From an uncultured cyanobacterium (GTDB lineage: Bacteria; Cyanobacteriota; Cyanobacteriia; CAKZMO01), in contig CAVRCJ010000004.1 of NCBI GenBank assembly GCA_963719515.1, positions 64,001 through 128,000 on the forward strand: a stretch of DNA of 64,000 nt. Reading direction: 5' to 3'. The position numbers were made by a program, and so were the translations under genes. Shown here one piece after another: positions 32,080-43,799 of the stretch (position 1 is its first letter; each line of letters starts with the position of its first letter). The notes under the pieces are model-generated. The model was not told the origin of the DNA. It ran no database searches and worked only from the letters and a program-made list of their open reading frames with translations.

Positions 32080-33771
32080 TTACGCCTTCTGCAGCTGCCG
32101 GTAGTCCAGCTGCCGGTGGAACCAATATTGATAGCCCTCCACACCGGGCTGCATGGCCACCGAGAGGTAGGGCTGGGCAATCACGATGCGGGGCATCTCT
32201 TCAAAGGCGATCTTGAGGAACGCCTTGACGTTCTCTTCGTAGGCAGGCTCGTCCGGCGCTAAGGCCAGGGCTGCGTCCACATGCTTGTCTAGCTCAGGGT
32301 TTTGGTAGGCGCTGCCGTTAAAGGTGGCGTTCTGCCCGTGGTAGGAGTAGAAGAAGAAATAGTCGGGGTAGTTGAGCCAGCCGCCGAAGTTGTTGACAAT
32401 CATGGGCCGGTTCTTTTCCACCAGCACCGCCCGGAAGTTGGAGCCTGGCACCTTCTCCAGGGTGACGTCGATGCCAATTTGGGCCAGGGATTCCTGCACT
32501 AGCACGCTCAGGGGTTCGGCCCACTCCTGGGTGCCCAGGTTGAAGGCCAGGGTGGTCTCAAAGCCTTCGGGGTAGCCCGATTCTGCCATCAAGGCTTTGG
32601 CCTGCTCCAGGTCGGTGCTGTAGGGGTAGGGCTGGGGCCAGTCGATGGTTTTCGGCTCGGCGCTGTCCGCCCCGTACATGGGAACACATTCCCCGTAGAG
32701 CGCGGTGTTCACAATGTCGTCGTAGGGCATGGCGTAGGCCACCGCCTGCCGCACTTTCACATCGCTAAAGGGGTTGGGGGCACCCTCCAGCTCGGGCTGA
32801 GAGTTGAGGTCGATGGTGTAAAGGCAGTTTTCAATGGGCGTAGAGACGATGGTGTAGTCTCCGGTGGTGCGCAGCTCGCTGACGTCTTTCTCAGACATGT
32901 CGAAGTTGACGTCCACATCCCCCTTCTCCAACAGGGCGCGGCGGTTTCCAGCCTCGGGCACGTTTAGCTCAATGATCTTAGCAACGGCGGGCAGCGGCCC
33001 CGATTTCCACTCCTCAAACCGCACCAGCTCCACCCGCTCTTCGGGCTGGAACGACTCTAGCTTATAGGCTCCGCCTCCCGCCGGGTTGGCGTTGACCCAC
33101 TCCAGCCCCCAGGGGTCAGCCTCGGTGACGTTGGGCTCAATCAGCGCTGAGTTCATGATGGCTGGAATGGGCACCGCCATATCCATCAGGGTCAGCTTAT
33201 CTTGGCGCAGGAAGTTGACCCGAAACGTATAGTCATCTTCTACAACGAACTGCTCAGGGTTCTCTAGCGCCCCGGCCTTCATCTGAAACGAGGGGAAGCC
33301 GCCCACGGAAACAGCGCGATCGTAAGACCACTTCACGTCTTTGGCGGTGACGGGGGTGCCGTCGTGGAAGGTGGCGTCTTCCCGCAGCTTGAAGGTCACC
33401 GAAAGTCCGTCGTCGGCCACGGTCCAGGATTCGGCCAGCTCGGGTTCAACTGTGGTGTAGTCGTAGGATAAGGAGCCGTCCTCTAGGGTTTTGGTGCCGA
33501 AGGTGACGAGGCGATCGTACAGGCACCAGGAGGTGCCGTAGGCGGGGCGGTTGGTGCCCACCTGGTGCAGGTCCAAGCCGTTGGGGAAGCCGCCGCCTCG
33601 GACGACGGTGAGGATAGCGGGTTCGCTGCTGCCCGAGGCGTCTGCCTCTGCGTCGGTTGAGGGGGCGTCTGAGGTGGTGTCACTGCTAGGTCCGCAGGCT
33701 TTGAGCAGCATAGCTAGGGAGATGCCTGTAGTGAAGGCGGTGCCCCGCTGTAGTAAGTCTCGTCTTCGCAT
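32080..33771 (-). CDS. ABC transporter substrate-binding lipoprotein, family 5 (Tat signal)
   Basis: MRRRDLL twin-arginine motif, LKAC lipobox, LAESW, FHDGTPVTAKDV. Confidence 0.92.
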   Translation of the reverse strand: MRRRDLLQRGTAFTTGISLAMLLKACGPSSDTTSDAPSTDAEADASGSSEPAILTVVRGGGFPNGLDLHQVGTNRPAYGTSWCLYDRLVTFGTKTLEDGSLSYDYTTVEPELAESWTVADDGLSVTFKLREDATFHDGTPVTAKDVKWSYDRAVSVGGFPSFQMKAGALENPEQFVVEDDYTFRVNFLRQDKLTLMDMAVPIPAIMNSALIEPNVTEADPWGLEWVNANPAGGGAYKLESFQPEERVELVRFEEWKSGPLPAVAKIIELNVPEAGNRRALLEKGDVDVNFDMSEKDVSELRTTGDYTIVSTPIENCLYTIDLNSQPELEGAPNPFSDVKVRQAVAYAMPYDDIVNTALYGECVPMYGADSAEPKTIDWPQPYPYSTDLEQAKALMAESGYPEGFETTLAFNLGTQEWAEPLSVLVQESLAQIGIDVTLEKVPGSNFRAVLVEKNRPMIVNNFGGWLNYPDYFFFYSYHGQNATFNGSAYQNPELDKHVDAALALAPDEPAYEENVKAFLKIAFEEMPRIVIAQPYLSVAMQPGVEGYQYWFHRQLDYRQLQKA

Positions 33772-33984
33772 GGTGTTGCTCCTTTGGCCCGGCCTGACAC
33801 GTTAAAGATAATAGTAGGGCAAGGGCGCGGAGCTTTTGGGGAAGAAATCGGGAAGATTGAGCTAGTTGGACTGGATCTTGAGAGGAATTATGAATGGTCG
33901 AGGAAACTATCGTCTTTCTGGAAGCCTTTAAGATGTGGCCAGTGCTCGCGTGGCGGTTAGGAAATGGTGTAGGACATGGGAGAG

Positions 33985-34355
33985 CGGTGCGCCTTTACTT
34001 TGATGCCGAAGGCGAGAATTGAGGGCAGCGCTGAGGTGAGCAATAGGTGTACTTGTGGATGTACTTAAGTATAGATGTACTTAAGAGATAGCGGTAATGC
34101 GCACTAATATATCCTATGGGTATGGTCCGGAGCACCTGAAAAACCTGTAGTGGCGGTCAACCACAAGCCAGAGCCAGCTGGTGCTGAGAAGAGGATTTCC
34201 TCAAATTGTCTGCGGTGGGACGCACCGTCGACGTAAAACAAACAGCCTGTGAAGGCGTTCTGACCGGGGATGTCTGGGCTTGCTTGGATATCTAGGCATG
34301 AGCCAGTGAAACAGGACTTTCTGACTGTACCCGTAGGGTCAGGGGGAGAGCGTTA
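33985..34355 (+). mobile_element. Decayed IS200/IS605-derived element E
   Basis: Shares the GGTGCGCC...GATGCCGAAGGC...GAGGGCAGCGC..GAGG.GAGCAA block with elements A and B. Has a tnpB-tail-like segment (AVGRTVDVKQTACEG; GCCAGTGAAACAGGA) and a degenerate end hairpin CTGTACCCGTAGGGTCAG. Confidence 0.6.
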
Positions 34356-34376
34356 GGGCGGCCTCCTGCTCAAAAC

Positions 34377-35219
34377 CTAGTCCGCAGCGTTAGGGCGGAG
34401 ATAGCTGCTCAGACTATCGACAAGGGTGACCAACACCAACACCAAAATCAATAGGGCCGAAACCTCGTTGTATTTCAACACCCGCAGAGCGCTAATAATC
34501 TCCAGCCCTAAGCCCCCAGCCCCCACAGCCCCCAGCACTAGAGATGCCCGCAGGTTGTATTCCCAGCGGTAAAGGGTTACATCCGCTATCTGGGGAAAGA
34601 TCTGGGGAAAGATGCTGTGGACAATCACCTGTGGCTGCGTTGCGCCAGTGGCGCGGGCCGCTTCTACGGGAGCCTGGTCACTCAGCTCAATCGACTCGGC
34701 AAAAAACTTACCGACCATACCGATAGAATGCAGACCTAAAGCCAGGGTGCCAGGCAATGTGCCAAAGCCCACCGCTGCCACCAAAATCATCCCTAAAATT
34801 AGCTCGGGAATGGCCCGGGCCACGTTGAGCGCCAGGCGAGCGAGATGGAAGACGCCGGGATGAGGAGACGTGTTTCTCGCGGCCAGTAGGGATAGGGGAA
34901 GGCACAACCCAACCGCGATCGCCGTCCCGGCCACGCTCATGGCTAGGGTGTCAACAATTGGGGAAATCCACTGGGGAAAGCGGCTAAAGTCTGGCGGAAA
35001 TGAGGCCTGGGCGAGGCGGGCGATCGCGGGGAGACCTGCTGCCATGCGCCTGACATCCAGCAGCCCGACGGCAGCAAAGCTCACCGAAATAAGCCCCAAC
35101 AGTAGGGCGAGCCGTATCGCCTGCCTATACCACCGCCGCTGATGCTGGCGGAGAATACCGCTGAACGGATCTTTGGGAAAGGGCTCTTGGCCCGGTGCGC
35201 TATCGGTCGGTGAACGCAT
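34377..35219 (-). CDS. ptxC: Phosphite/phosphonate ABC permease (PtxC/PhnE)
   Basis: PPDFS, LAARNTSPH, RAIPE, GKFFAESIE, YRWEYNLR. Start placed at MRSP; the alternative start is 35234. Confidence 0.85.
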   Translation of the reverse strand: MRSPTDSAPGQEPFPKDPFSGILRQHQRRWYRQAIRLALLLGLISVSFAAVGLLDVRRMAAGLPAIARLAQASFPPDFSRFPQWISPIVDTLAMSVAGTAIAVGLCLPLSLLAARNTSPHPGVFHLARLALNVARAIPELILGMILVAAVGFGTLPGTLALGLHSIGMVGKFFAESIELSDQAPVEAARATGATQPQVIVHSIFPQIFPQIADVTLYRWEYNLRASLVLGAVGAGGLGLEIISALRVLKYNEVSALLILVLVLVTLVDSLSSYLRPNAAD

Positions 35220-35223
35220 ACCG

Positions 35224-36171
<948 letters not shown>

Positions 36172-36233
36172 CTATAGCAAATGTCCTGATGCATTAGGAC
36201 ATTTGCGCGTTCAGCTGCCTACACAACGCCGGA

Positions 36234-37034
36234 TTAGTTTCTTGCTTCGCTGATGTCATAACGCTCTACATCGGTTGGCGAACCGGCAGGCTGCCCTGCG
36301 TAAATTTCACTCAACACTTGAGGTCCTAATGCGGTAGGAGGGCCATCAAAAATAATCCGCCCGTGGGCCAGGCCAATAATGCGATCGCTGTAGGCTTGAG
36401 CAAAATCGACCTGGTGCAGGCTCAGCAGCGCCGCAATGCCGTCGGTCTTACAAATAGAGCGCAGTAGCGCCAGTATTGTGTGGGCGCTTTCTGGGTCTAA
36501 GCTAGCGATGGGCTCATCTGCCAGCATCAGCTGCGGATGCTGAGCCAAGGCGCGGGCAATGCCAACCCGCTGCTGCTGTCCGCCGCTTAGGGTGCTTACG
36601 GGCGTCAACGCCTTATCAATTAAGCCCACCCGCGCCAAGCAGTCTAAGGCGATCTTTTGGTCTCGCTGGGGCAGGGGCAGCAGACTCCGCCAGAACGAGT
36701 GGTAGGCCAGTCGACCTGTGAGTACATTTTGCAGCGCTGAGTATCGCTCAATCAGCTGGTGCTGCTGAAAAATCATTCCGGTTTGTTTGCGATGGAGCCG
36801 TAGCGCAGCGGATTGGGAAAGCGCGCCCAAGCCGTTAATGCTGACCCTGCCGCGAGTGGGAGGGTGCAGATAATTAATCGCGCGCAGCAGCGTCGATTTT
36901 CCTGCGCCAGAAGAGCCCAAGAGCACAACAAATTCGCCCCGGTTCAACCGTAGCGACACCGACTCTAGAGCAACTGTGCCGTTGGGGTAGGTGACGCCAA
37001 TGCGCTCTAAGCGGAGCAGCTGATCGCCTTTCAT
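36234..37034 (-). CDS. ptxA: Phosphite/phosphonate ABC ATP-binding protein (PtxA/PhnC)
   Basis: GSSGAGKST, FQQHQLI, LSGGQQQRVGIARA, ADEPIASLDP. Confidence 0.85.
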   Translation of the reverse strand: MKGDQLLRLERIGVTYPNGTVALESVSLRLNRGEFVVLLGSSGAGKSTLLRAINYLHPPTRGRVSINGLGALSQSAALRLHRKQTGMIFQQHQLIERYSALQNVLTGRLAYHSFWRSLLPLPQRDQKIALDCLARVGLIDKALTPVSTLSGGQQQRVGIARALAQHPQLMLADEPIASLDPESAHTILALLRSICKTDGIAALLSLHQVDFAQAYSDRIIGLAHGRIIFDGPPTALGPQVLSEIYAGQPAGSPTDVERYDISEARN

Positions 37035-37074
37035 CGCGTATCGTTCAACCGCACCTGGTCTTGAGAGACGCTCA

Positions 37075-37466
37075 GTGACATCCTCCCGACGCTGACAGCA
37101 AGCTGTACAGCGCGGGCTTCCTCAGTGACTCCCAGCTATTGCCGGGACATATCCTGAGATAGGTTTATACTCCGCCTGATGCCCCACGGCAGAGTTTTGA
37201 ATTTTCATCTCCGCGAGGGAGGATACGCACTATGTGTCGCAGATACATTTGCAAACTGAGGAACGGGTGACTTGCAGCTTTCGCCTACGGGCCCGTCACA
37301 CTCTTTGCGGGGTGTATCACCTTGCTATCTCTATCATACCAACTGCTAGCCTCAGCGCTGAGCGCACTATCCGCTGTGCATCATTTTGCGGGCGCACTTC
37401 GGCTAGCGCGACTCTCATCCCGACGCTCACCCTGACGGGTAGAGCGCGGGGCTTCCCGTCTAGTCG
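37075..37466 (-). mobile_element. Non-autonomous IS200/IS605-derived element C (no ORF)
   Basis: Minus strand reads TTTAG|CGACTAGACGGGAAGCCCCGCGCTCTACCCGTCAGGGTGAGCGTCGGGA ... GAAGCCCGCGCTGTACAGCTTGCTGTCAGCGTCGGGAGGATGTCAC. Confidence 0.8.
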
Positions 37467-37472
37467 CTAAAC

Positions 37473-37871
37473 CTACTGAGGTTGCCCCTCTTGATAGGCC
37501 CGCCAGCCGCCCCACGCGGTAATCTCCCGCTGTCCCTCACAGGCGATCGCCTCCCCTAGCACCCCTAGCACTTCTTCCCCGTCAGCAAGCTTCACCTTGC
37601 CAATCGCTAGCCCCGAGGGCTCCTGCTGCAAAATCTGCAATAGACCTGCAGACGGTACAGCCCATACCTCTAGGGCGATCGCGGCGCCACCCTCCTTCAC
37701 GCGCTGCATAGCCGGGTGGCGATCGCTGATGGACCATAGGCGGTAGGTCGGCTCCGTCTGGGCATCGTAGAGAAATTCTGCTCCCGCTGCTTGCATGTTG
37801 CCGTTGAGTTCTAATCCCCGCATCAGGGTTCCGTTGACGGCAAGCTTGAGAGTGAAAGAAGGATCTGACAT
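37473..37871 (-). CDS. Allophanate hydrolase C-terminal-domain-like protein (GGCT-like fold), standalone
   Basis: LAVNGTLMRGLELN, YRLWSI, LEVWAVP, GLAIGKVKLADG, EITAWGGWRAY. Confidence 0.8.
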   Translation of the reverse strand: MSDPSFTLKLAVNGTLMRGLELNGNMQAAGAEFLYDAQTEPTYRLWSISDRHPAMQRVKEGGAAIALEVWAVPSAGLLQILQQEPSGLAIGKVKLADGEEVLGVLGEAIACEGQREITAWGGWRAYQEGQPQ

Positions 37872-37933
37872 AGAAAGTTTGCTCGCTTGACGTCGATTCT
37901 AGGCCTAGGGGGCTGTGAGTCTGTAAGTCTCAA

Positions 37934-38372
37934 GTGACATTCTCCCGGCGCTTATCTTACAGATAAATCGCCGGCTTCAGAGAGCGCTCCCCTGCGATTT
38001 CCTGCTTATTTTGGCTCTGTCTAGTCACGCAGCACGCTATGCGACCCCGATTAGCTCCCATCCACAGGCCATTCTTACGTCCAGGTGATGACCCACCCCA
38101 GACACCAAGTATTTACTCCTTCACCTCACGTATCCTAATTTGCCGCACTGTTCACCAGCCATAGCTGCAGTTTGTGTCAGAACAGAAGGCCGCCACCCGT
38201 GTCGTCCCTCTGGGCGGTTTGTCCGCGTTGGCGATGTAATTCTACCATTTGTTCATCTCGCCACTGCCCTCAATTTCTGCCCTCGGCATCAGACTAGGGG
38301 CGCACCTCGACTCACACGATTTTCACCCCGACGCTGATGCTTTGCTTACAGCGCGGGGCTTCCATCTAAAAG
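37934..38372 (-). mobile_element. Non-autonomous IS200/IS605-derived element B (no ORF)
   Basis: Minus strand reads TTTAG|CTTTTAGATGGAAGCCCCGCGCTGTAAGCAAAGCATCAGCGTCGGG ... CCGGCGATTTATCTGTAAGATAAGCGCCGGGAGAATGTCAC. Collinear with element A. Confidence 0.8.
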
Positions 38373-39001
38373 CTAAAGATCGCCTCATCACATCTAAGCT
38401 GCCGCGCCCTGATCTTGCCAACGGCGATCGCCGTGAGAATCGTCGTGCGCGAGAGCGCAAAGAGTGCGGTGCGGCTAGAGTTGGCGAAAAGCAGATGACC
38501 GCATAACCCCAGGAACAGGAGGCCGAACTGGAGGGAGCTGTGGTTTTGTCCTAGCCAGGAGTAGCCCGAGATAGTGACCCCCTCACGATAAATTTTTCCC
38601 GTCCCCGTATGGACCCGTCTGCGCTGACGCTGAAGCTTGAGAGCCCCAGGCAGCTGGGAGACAAACGACAGGGGGCAGCTGCGCCGCCAGAAATCGTGGC
38701 CAAATACCAGCAAAACGAAGATACAGGCTGGAACGACAACCATCCAAAAGACAAAATTGCCCAGGCTGTAGGGGGCGGCCTCAAAGCACCGTCCCTGAAA
38801 TTCAACACAGCGGCTGGGGCCTAAACGAAACGGGCTGACAAGGCTCGACCCAGCGGTCAGCTGGCTCGAAAGGGGGTCGTACAGCAAAGAGCAAAGCAAG
38901 ATGCCCCATCCGGCTGTGAGTATCCACCTGACGCGGCGCATACTTTTTTCAGGCAAATCAGCAATCATGACGGGTGTGGCAATAGAGACGGGCCGGTCCA
39001 C
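38366..39001 (-). pseudogene. Truncated N-terminal fragment of a membrane 4Fe-4S-binding (NosR/NapH-like) protein
   Basis: GHDFWRRSCPLSFVSQL motif and transmembrane helices. The sequence departs from the expected pattern after AIAVG, where a second CP motif would be expected, and stops inside element B. Confidence 0.55.
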
Positions 39002-39043
39002 CAGGGTGGCGGCCCTTGATGTGAGTAGCCGAGTCAGGGAGAA

Positions 39044-39589
39044 TCAGTTGGCGGAGAACTCGGGCAGTGCGACTGCGCTGACGTCTGGGGAAACCGACGT
39101 CGGAGATTGAGCAAGCAGAGTCACTTTGTCAGCAGCGTTGGCCTGAGCGGGAATGGAATAGTTCAACGGTGATGACGCCAGCGGGGTATTGAAGTCGTCT
39201 GACAGCAGAAACGCGGCTGTCGTCGCCGTCATCAGGCTACCGAGTCCCGCCAGTCCTATCTTTAGAGAGGGGTGGGTCAAGGGCGAGCCGCTGTGACGCA
39301 CAATAGTGTAGCGGCGGCCCTGCGCTGGAGCTGCATTGCCGAGGCCTGAATGCCCCGTAAACTGCTGATAGTACTCCTGAAAAGAGGTTGCTTCCCCACC
39401 TGCCATAGGGTTTTCCCATTCAGTAAACGTAGAATCGCTGGTGACCGGTGCGTCATCAGGTAGCGACGATGCTGAGGAAGGAAGGCTAAATCGATTGTTC
39501 ATAACTGCCGTGGCGCTGGGCGAGCCGAGGGAGGTGAGGCGACCCAAAACGGGAACAACCTCGGTTTGCGTGCTTAGGGTAATATCCAT
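39044..39589 (-). CDS. Hypothetical protein
   Basis: 181 aa Ser/Thr-rich ORF with one hydrophobic segment. No family recognised. Confidence 0.45.
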   Translation of the reverse strand: MDITLSTQTEVVPVLGRLTSLGSPSATAVMNNRFSLPSSASSLPDDAPVTSDSTFTEWENPMAGGEATSFQEYYQQFTGHSGLGNAAPAQGRRYTIVRHSGSPLTHPSLKIGLAGLGSLMTATTAAFLLSDDFNTPLASSPLNYSIPAQANAADKVTLLAQSPTSVSPDVSAVALPEFSAN

Positions 39590-39659
39590 TTCTGTTTTCT
39601 CGTAAACAACAGTGGTAAGCGTCGGGGTAGTTTGAAAGTTGCCCTCGTGCGAAGGGGAG

Positions 39660-39693
39660 GTAGGGGCCTAAAGCGATCGCTTTAGGCCCCTAC
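39660..39693. repeat. Perfect 34 bp palindrome (GTAG-type REP, possible terminator) centred on HIP1
   Basis: GTAGGGGCCTAAAGCGATCGCTTTAGGCCCCTAC, 10 bp beyond the stop of the last EPS gene. Confidence 0.75.
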
Positions 39694-39703
39694 TCGCCGA
39701 GTT

Positions 39704-41980
39704 CTAGTAGGCTCCCGTCTTGCGCAAAACAGTGTCGACGGTCCGCAGCAAAATCCTGACGTCGAGCAGCAGCGACCAGTTCTCGATGTAGCGCAGGTCT
39801 AGGGCCACGACGTCTTCAAAATCGAGAATGTCGGAGCGGCCTGAGACCTGCCACAGCCCCGTGATGCCGGGCAGCACTTCGTGGCGAACGAAGTGGTGGG
39901 GCGAGAATTTCTCGGTGTCGCGGAGAGGTAAGGGGCGCGGACCCACCAGGCTCATCTCGCCGAGCAGCACGTTGATGAGCTGGGGCAGCTCGTCTAGGCT
40001 GTACTGCCTCAAAAAGACGCCAACGCGAGTGATACGCGGATCTTTCTTCACCTTAAACAAGATGCCGTCCTGGGTTTCGTTCATCGTCTCAAGCTGAGCC
40101 TGCAGGGCTTCCGCGTTGATCACCATCGTGCGAAACTTCCAGGCCTGAAAAAGATCGTCTTTGAGACCCATGCGCGTCTGCTTAAAGAAAATCGGACCGG
40201 GAGAGTCCAGCTTGATCAGCGTGGCAATCAGCAGCAGCAGCGGCGACAGCAGCAGCAGCAGCAGCAGCGCCCCGCAAGTATCAAAGACGCGCTTGACTAG
40301 AAATTCGCTACCCGTCAGCAGCGGCGGGGTGAGCCTGTGGGAAGAGAGGTCTTTCCCTAGCTTTGACTCGCGGGGTAGGGCGCTGAGGTTGGCGGGCAGG
40401 ACCTGCAGCGTGATACCGGCGTTGCGCAGCTTCCAGTACAAAAACATCGAATTTTCTACGGTTTGCGTTCCGTAGAGAAACACGTCTGAAACCCCCTGCT
40501 GGCTAATCGTTTTCAGCGTCAGATCCCAGCCGCTGTTGTCAATTGCGTTGACGTCAATCCAGCCTTTGAGAGCGTAGCGATTTTGCTGCCCTAGCAGCTG
40601 CCGCGCGGCCTCAACCTGGTCGGATGGACAGATTAAAACGCTGGGATAGCGCCCCGTCCCCGACCGCCGCACTGACGCGATCGCTCTATCGAGGGCGGCG
40701 CGCCCCGCCATCACAAAAATGACGCTCAGCAGCCAAACCGCTGCCACTGCAGTCCCCAGAACAAACCCGTTCGGCTGCAGCGACGCAGCCAAACCGAGGG
40801 GCAAAGCCGCCAGCGCCAGCGCCTTGGCTACCGTCCCAGAGTCGCGGCGGTGCTCCCCCGGACCGTACAGCCCGCAGGCTGCCATAAAGCACACCTGCAG
40901 GGCGACGCTGAGCAGCATCACCAGGGTCTGCTCCTGTTGACTCCAAAACCAGTAGGGCTGGTGGGTCAACCATCGGTTGGCTTCTTGGGCCGCGCTGAGC
41001 AGGCTAATGTCTAGGGACAGCAGCGTCAGCACCCGCAGAGACACCAGGGGCAGGCCTTTTCGCAGAGTCGTGAAGGTGGAGGCCCGCAGGTCGATATTGT
41101 TTGAGGAGCGCCTAGCTGCTGGAGGATGAGCGGAGGCTTGAGCAGAAGGTTGAGTAGGGGCTTGAGAGGGGACCTGGAGAGTCTGGACTCGCTGCCCTAG
41201 CATCGTCTTGAAGACGCGGTAGAAGAAGAGAGGATTGCCCACTAGGTAGCGCTGCCAGAGCCGTCCCGGCTCTGTAAATAGCCGGGTGAGCCACTCTAGG
41301 CCCATATCGGTGGCCCAGCGAGGGCCGCGGTTCACCGCTCCGGTATAAAAGTCGAGGCAGGCTCCTAGGGGAAGAAACACCTTGGCGTCGATGCGGTCCA
41401 GGTTTTCGTCAATCCACCACTCCTGCAGCGGCATGCCGAAGCCTACGTAGAGCACGTCAGGCTTAAACGCGTTAATGGCGTCAATGACGGCGTCGTTCTC
41501 CGGGCCTGACTTCTCGAAGTAGCCGTGGTGGCCCTGAATGCGAAGGTTGGGGGCGATCGCCTTGAGCTGAGCAATGGCGCGGTCGGTAATGCCGGGCTCA
41601 CCGGCCAGCAAAAACACCGAGAGATTGTTGCGATCGCAGGCCTGGGCCAAATCCTCGATGTAGTCAGGGGCGGTCATCCGGTGGCACGACTGCACATCGG
41701 CTCCAAGCAGTTTGCTGCCCAGCAGCGTCCCAAATCCATCGCAAAATACGAGGTCTGACCGATTGAGAAACGAGCGATACCACGGCAGGTCGCAAGAAAA
41801 ATTGGCGCTGCGGATGTTGACGTTGCCGACGACCGTCTTTTCAGGCCGCTGACCGGCGTCAACGATGTAGTCAATCAGCTGCTCAACGGTCACCTTGTGA
41901 AAACGCGTTTGCAGAAGGGGAACTTCTTCAAACTGCGCTCTCGGCTCGACCAGCTTGGGGTCTTGTATAGATTGAATCAT
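39704..41980 (-). CDS. WecB/TagA/CpsF glycosyltransferase fused to a WcaJ/WbaP-type polyprenyl glycosylphosphotransferase
   Basis: N-terminus has [30 protein letters not shown]-terminus has [46 protein letters not shown]. Confidence 0.92.
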   Translation of the reverse strand: MIQSIQDPKLVEPRAQFEEVPLLQTRFHKVTVEQLIDYIVDAGQRPEKTVVGNVNIRSANFSCDLPWYRSFLNRSDLVFCDGFGTLLGSKLLGADVQSCHRMTAPDYIEDLAQACDRNNLSVFLLAGEPGITDRAIAQLKAIAPNLRIQGHHGYFEKSGPENDAVIDAINAFKPDVLYVGFGMPLQEWWIDENLDRIDAKVFLPLGACLDFYTGAVNRGPRWATDMGLEWLTRLFTEPGRLWQRYLVGNPLFFYRVFKTMLGQRVQTLQVPSQAPTQPSAQASAHPPAARRSSNNIDLRASTFTTLRKGLPLVSLRVLTLLSLDISLLSAAQEANRWLTHQPYWFWSQQEQTLVMLLSVALQVCFMAACGLYGPGEHRRDSGTVAKALALAALPLGLAASLQPNGFVLGTAVAAVWLLSVIFVMAGRAALDRAIASVRRSGTGRYPSVLICPSDQVEAARQLLGQQNRYALKGWIDVNAIDNSGWDLTLKTISQQGVSDVFLYGTQTVENSMFLYWKLRNAGITLQVLPANLSALPRESKLGKDLSSHRLTPPLLTGSEFLVKRVFDTCGALLLLLLLSPLLLLIATLIKLDSPGPIFFKQTRMGLKDDLFQAWKFRTMVINAEALQAQLETMNETQDGILFKVKKDPRITRVGVFLRQYSLDELPQLINVLLGEMSLVGPRPLPLRDTEKFSPHHFVRHEVLPGITGLWQVSGRSDILDFEDVVALDLRYIENWSLLLDVRILLRTVDTVLRKTGAY

Positions 41981-42482
41981 GGGTTGAACTCAATGGCGTG
42001 AAGATCGGACTAAGCAGGTAGACCACACCTTGAGCTTGGGTAAGCAGAACGCCTACAGTAAAAATTAAAACGGAGTAAAAAGCTTGCGGATCGAGACCCA
42101 CGTCTCGTCTGGTTCAAGCAAAAAAGATTGAACCTATGAGTTGGAGATGAATGCTTATCTACAGGGGGCAGTATTGACCTGCCAAAATTCGGTATTCTAA
42201 ACCTTTTGCACCGGTTTAAGCGACGAGAAATACCGATAAGTGAGTCATTGAGAGAATACACTCAACTTAGCGGCCTCTATTGATTACTCAAGACCACGTT
42301 GGGTCCGTAATTGTTCCACGCTTAGGCTTTTGTCGATACCTTTGGACGGGGTTACGTCACGGATGCGGGAGGTTTGGCCGAGGGGCAACTCCTGTGGCTT
42401 TTCCATTACGAAATGGGGACCCGCACAAGTCCCCGTTTCGTAAGCAGCCTTCTTGGTACTGCACATCGCCAGCTAGGCCTCA

Positions 42483-43718
42483 CTAAGACAGCTGCGCCGC
42501 CAGCATTGAGGCAGGCCGCGCCGTCAAAATCTCCTCTAGTTCATTCATCATCTTGTCCATGCGGGCTACCCAACTGTGGTGGTCGATGGCTATTTGGCGG
42601 GCGCGATCGCCCATGGCGGCGAGCTGCTGGCGCTGGTGGTGGGCCTGGGTGAGGGCGCGCTTCAGGTCTTCCTTGTCCCCCGGCGCGTAAAGAAAGCCGG
42701 TTTTCCCCTCCTCCAGCGTGCGCCGGGCATCCTCAAAGGCAGAGGCCACCACGGGCTTGGCCATGGCCATATATTCGTAGAGCTTCAGAGGCGAGTGATA
42801 CATCTTGCCCACCTGCATTTTGATCTGCCCAGTGTAGCCAACGTCAAACCCGGCGATGTAGTCCGGCACCTCTGACCAGGGCACCTGCCCTACAAAGGCC
42901 ACCTGAGATCCCAGCTCCAGGGTCTGAGCCAGAGCCTCCCACTCAGGCCGCATCAGGCCGTCCCCCACCACCACCAGACCAACGGGGATGCCCTCAAGCT
43001 TAAGCTCGTGAATGGCGCTCAGCAACAGGTCCAGCCCGTGCCAGCTGTACAGCCGCCCGACGAAGCCCACCGTCAGGTGGGGGAACGGCCGCTTGGGCTT
43101 TGCCCGCTTGGGGTTGAAGCGCTCGGTGTCGACGCCGTTGGGCACCACAATCACCTTGTCGGCAGAAATGCCCGAGGCCTCAATTACCAGCGATTTGAGC
43201 GCCTCAGTGACGCACACCAAGGCGTCGCAGTCGCGGTAGGCCTGCACCTCTAGCCGCCGCGCTAAGCCGTGGAGCACCGTGGTTTTCCGTTCTGTTTTGG
43301 CCTCGTAAAACAGGGGGGCGTGGGTTTCCAGAACCCAGGGCACCCCGCGGCGCTTAAAAGGTTTTCCCAACGCCTGGAAGGGGGCAAACCGCTCGTAGAC
43401 CCAGTCCACCTGACCCCCAAGCTCGCTCCAGGCCTCGCGGGCGTACTTCATACCCAGGACGATTCGCGCCAGGTCTAGCGCCAAAGCGCGAGGCACCCCG
43501 CCGCTCATGGCCCGCTCCGACTTGCCGGTCACCCAGGCGGTGGGAACGCGATCGCCGACGATGAAGGGGTTCACCTGCCAGCCCAGGGCTTCTTTGGCGC
43601 GAATGCAGCCCAGAATGTGGGCGCGGGGGCCGCTAATCTCGGCCTCGGGGTGGGTGGAAATTCGCGGGGCACCGCTGAGGTAGCCGAGTCGGGTGTTAAG
43701 GGTGGAGGTAGGTCTCAT
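42483..43718 (-). CDS. Glycosyltransferase family 4
   Basis: PNGVD, GFVGRLYSWHG, SPLKLYEYMAMAKPVV. Confidence 0.92.
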   Translation of the reverse strand: MRPTSTLNTRLGYLSGAPRISTHPEAEISGPRAHILGCIRAKEALGWQVNPFIVGDRVPTAWVTGKSERAMSGGVPRALALDLARIVLGMKYAREAWSELGGQVDWVYERFAPFQALGKPFKRRGVPWVLETHAPLFYEAKTERKTTVLHGLARRLEVQAYRDCDALVCVTEALKSLVIEASGISADKVIVVPNGVDTERFNPKRAKPKRPFPHLTVGFVGRLYSWHGLDLLLSAIHELKLEGIPVGLVVVGDGLMRPEWEALAQTLELGSQVAFVGQVPWSEVPDYIAGFDVGYTGQIKMQVGKMYHSPLKLYEYMAMAKPVVASAFEDARRTLEEGKTGFLYAPGDKEDLKRALTQAHHQRQQLAAMGDRARQIAIDHHSWVARMDKMMNELEEILTARPASMLAAQLS

Positions 43719-43799
43719 GAATTATCCTTAGTGAAAGTTACCTATTAAGCCTGGGGGCCAGCGATCGCAGGGTGGGCAATGCCCATCCGACCCATGGGA

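Noticed and set aside
34058..34086. GATGTACTTAAG direct repeat as a regulator site
   Set aside because: It lies inside decayed element E and does not fit NtcA spacing, so it is likely a local duplication.
37234..37470. 78 aa ORF and other short ORFs (38140-38506) inside the IS605-like elements
   Set aside because: No HUH or RuvC motifs and antisense to the element orientation, so probably spurious.
37895..37940. Possible NtcA promoter upstream of the allophanate-hydrolase-C-like gene
   Set aside because: Only one half of GTA-N8-TAC is present, although it is suitably spaced from a TAGAAT -10. Insufficient support.
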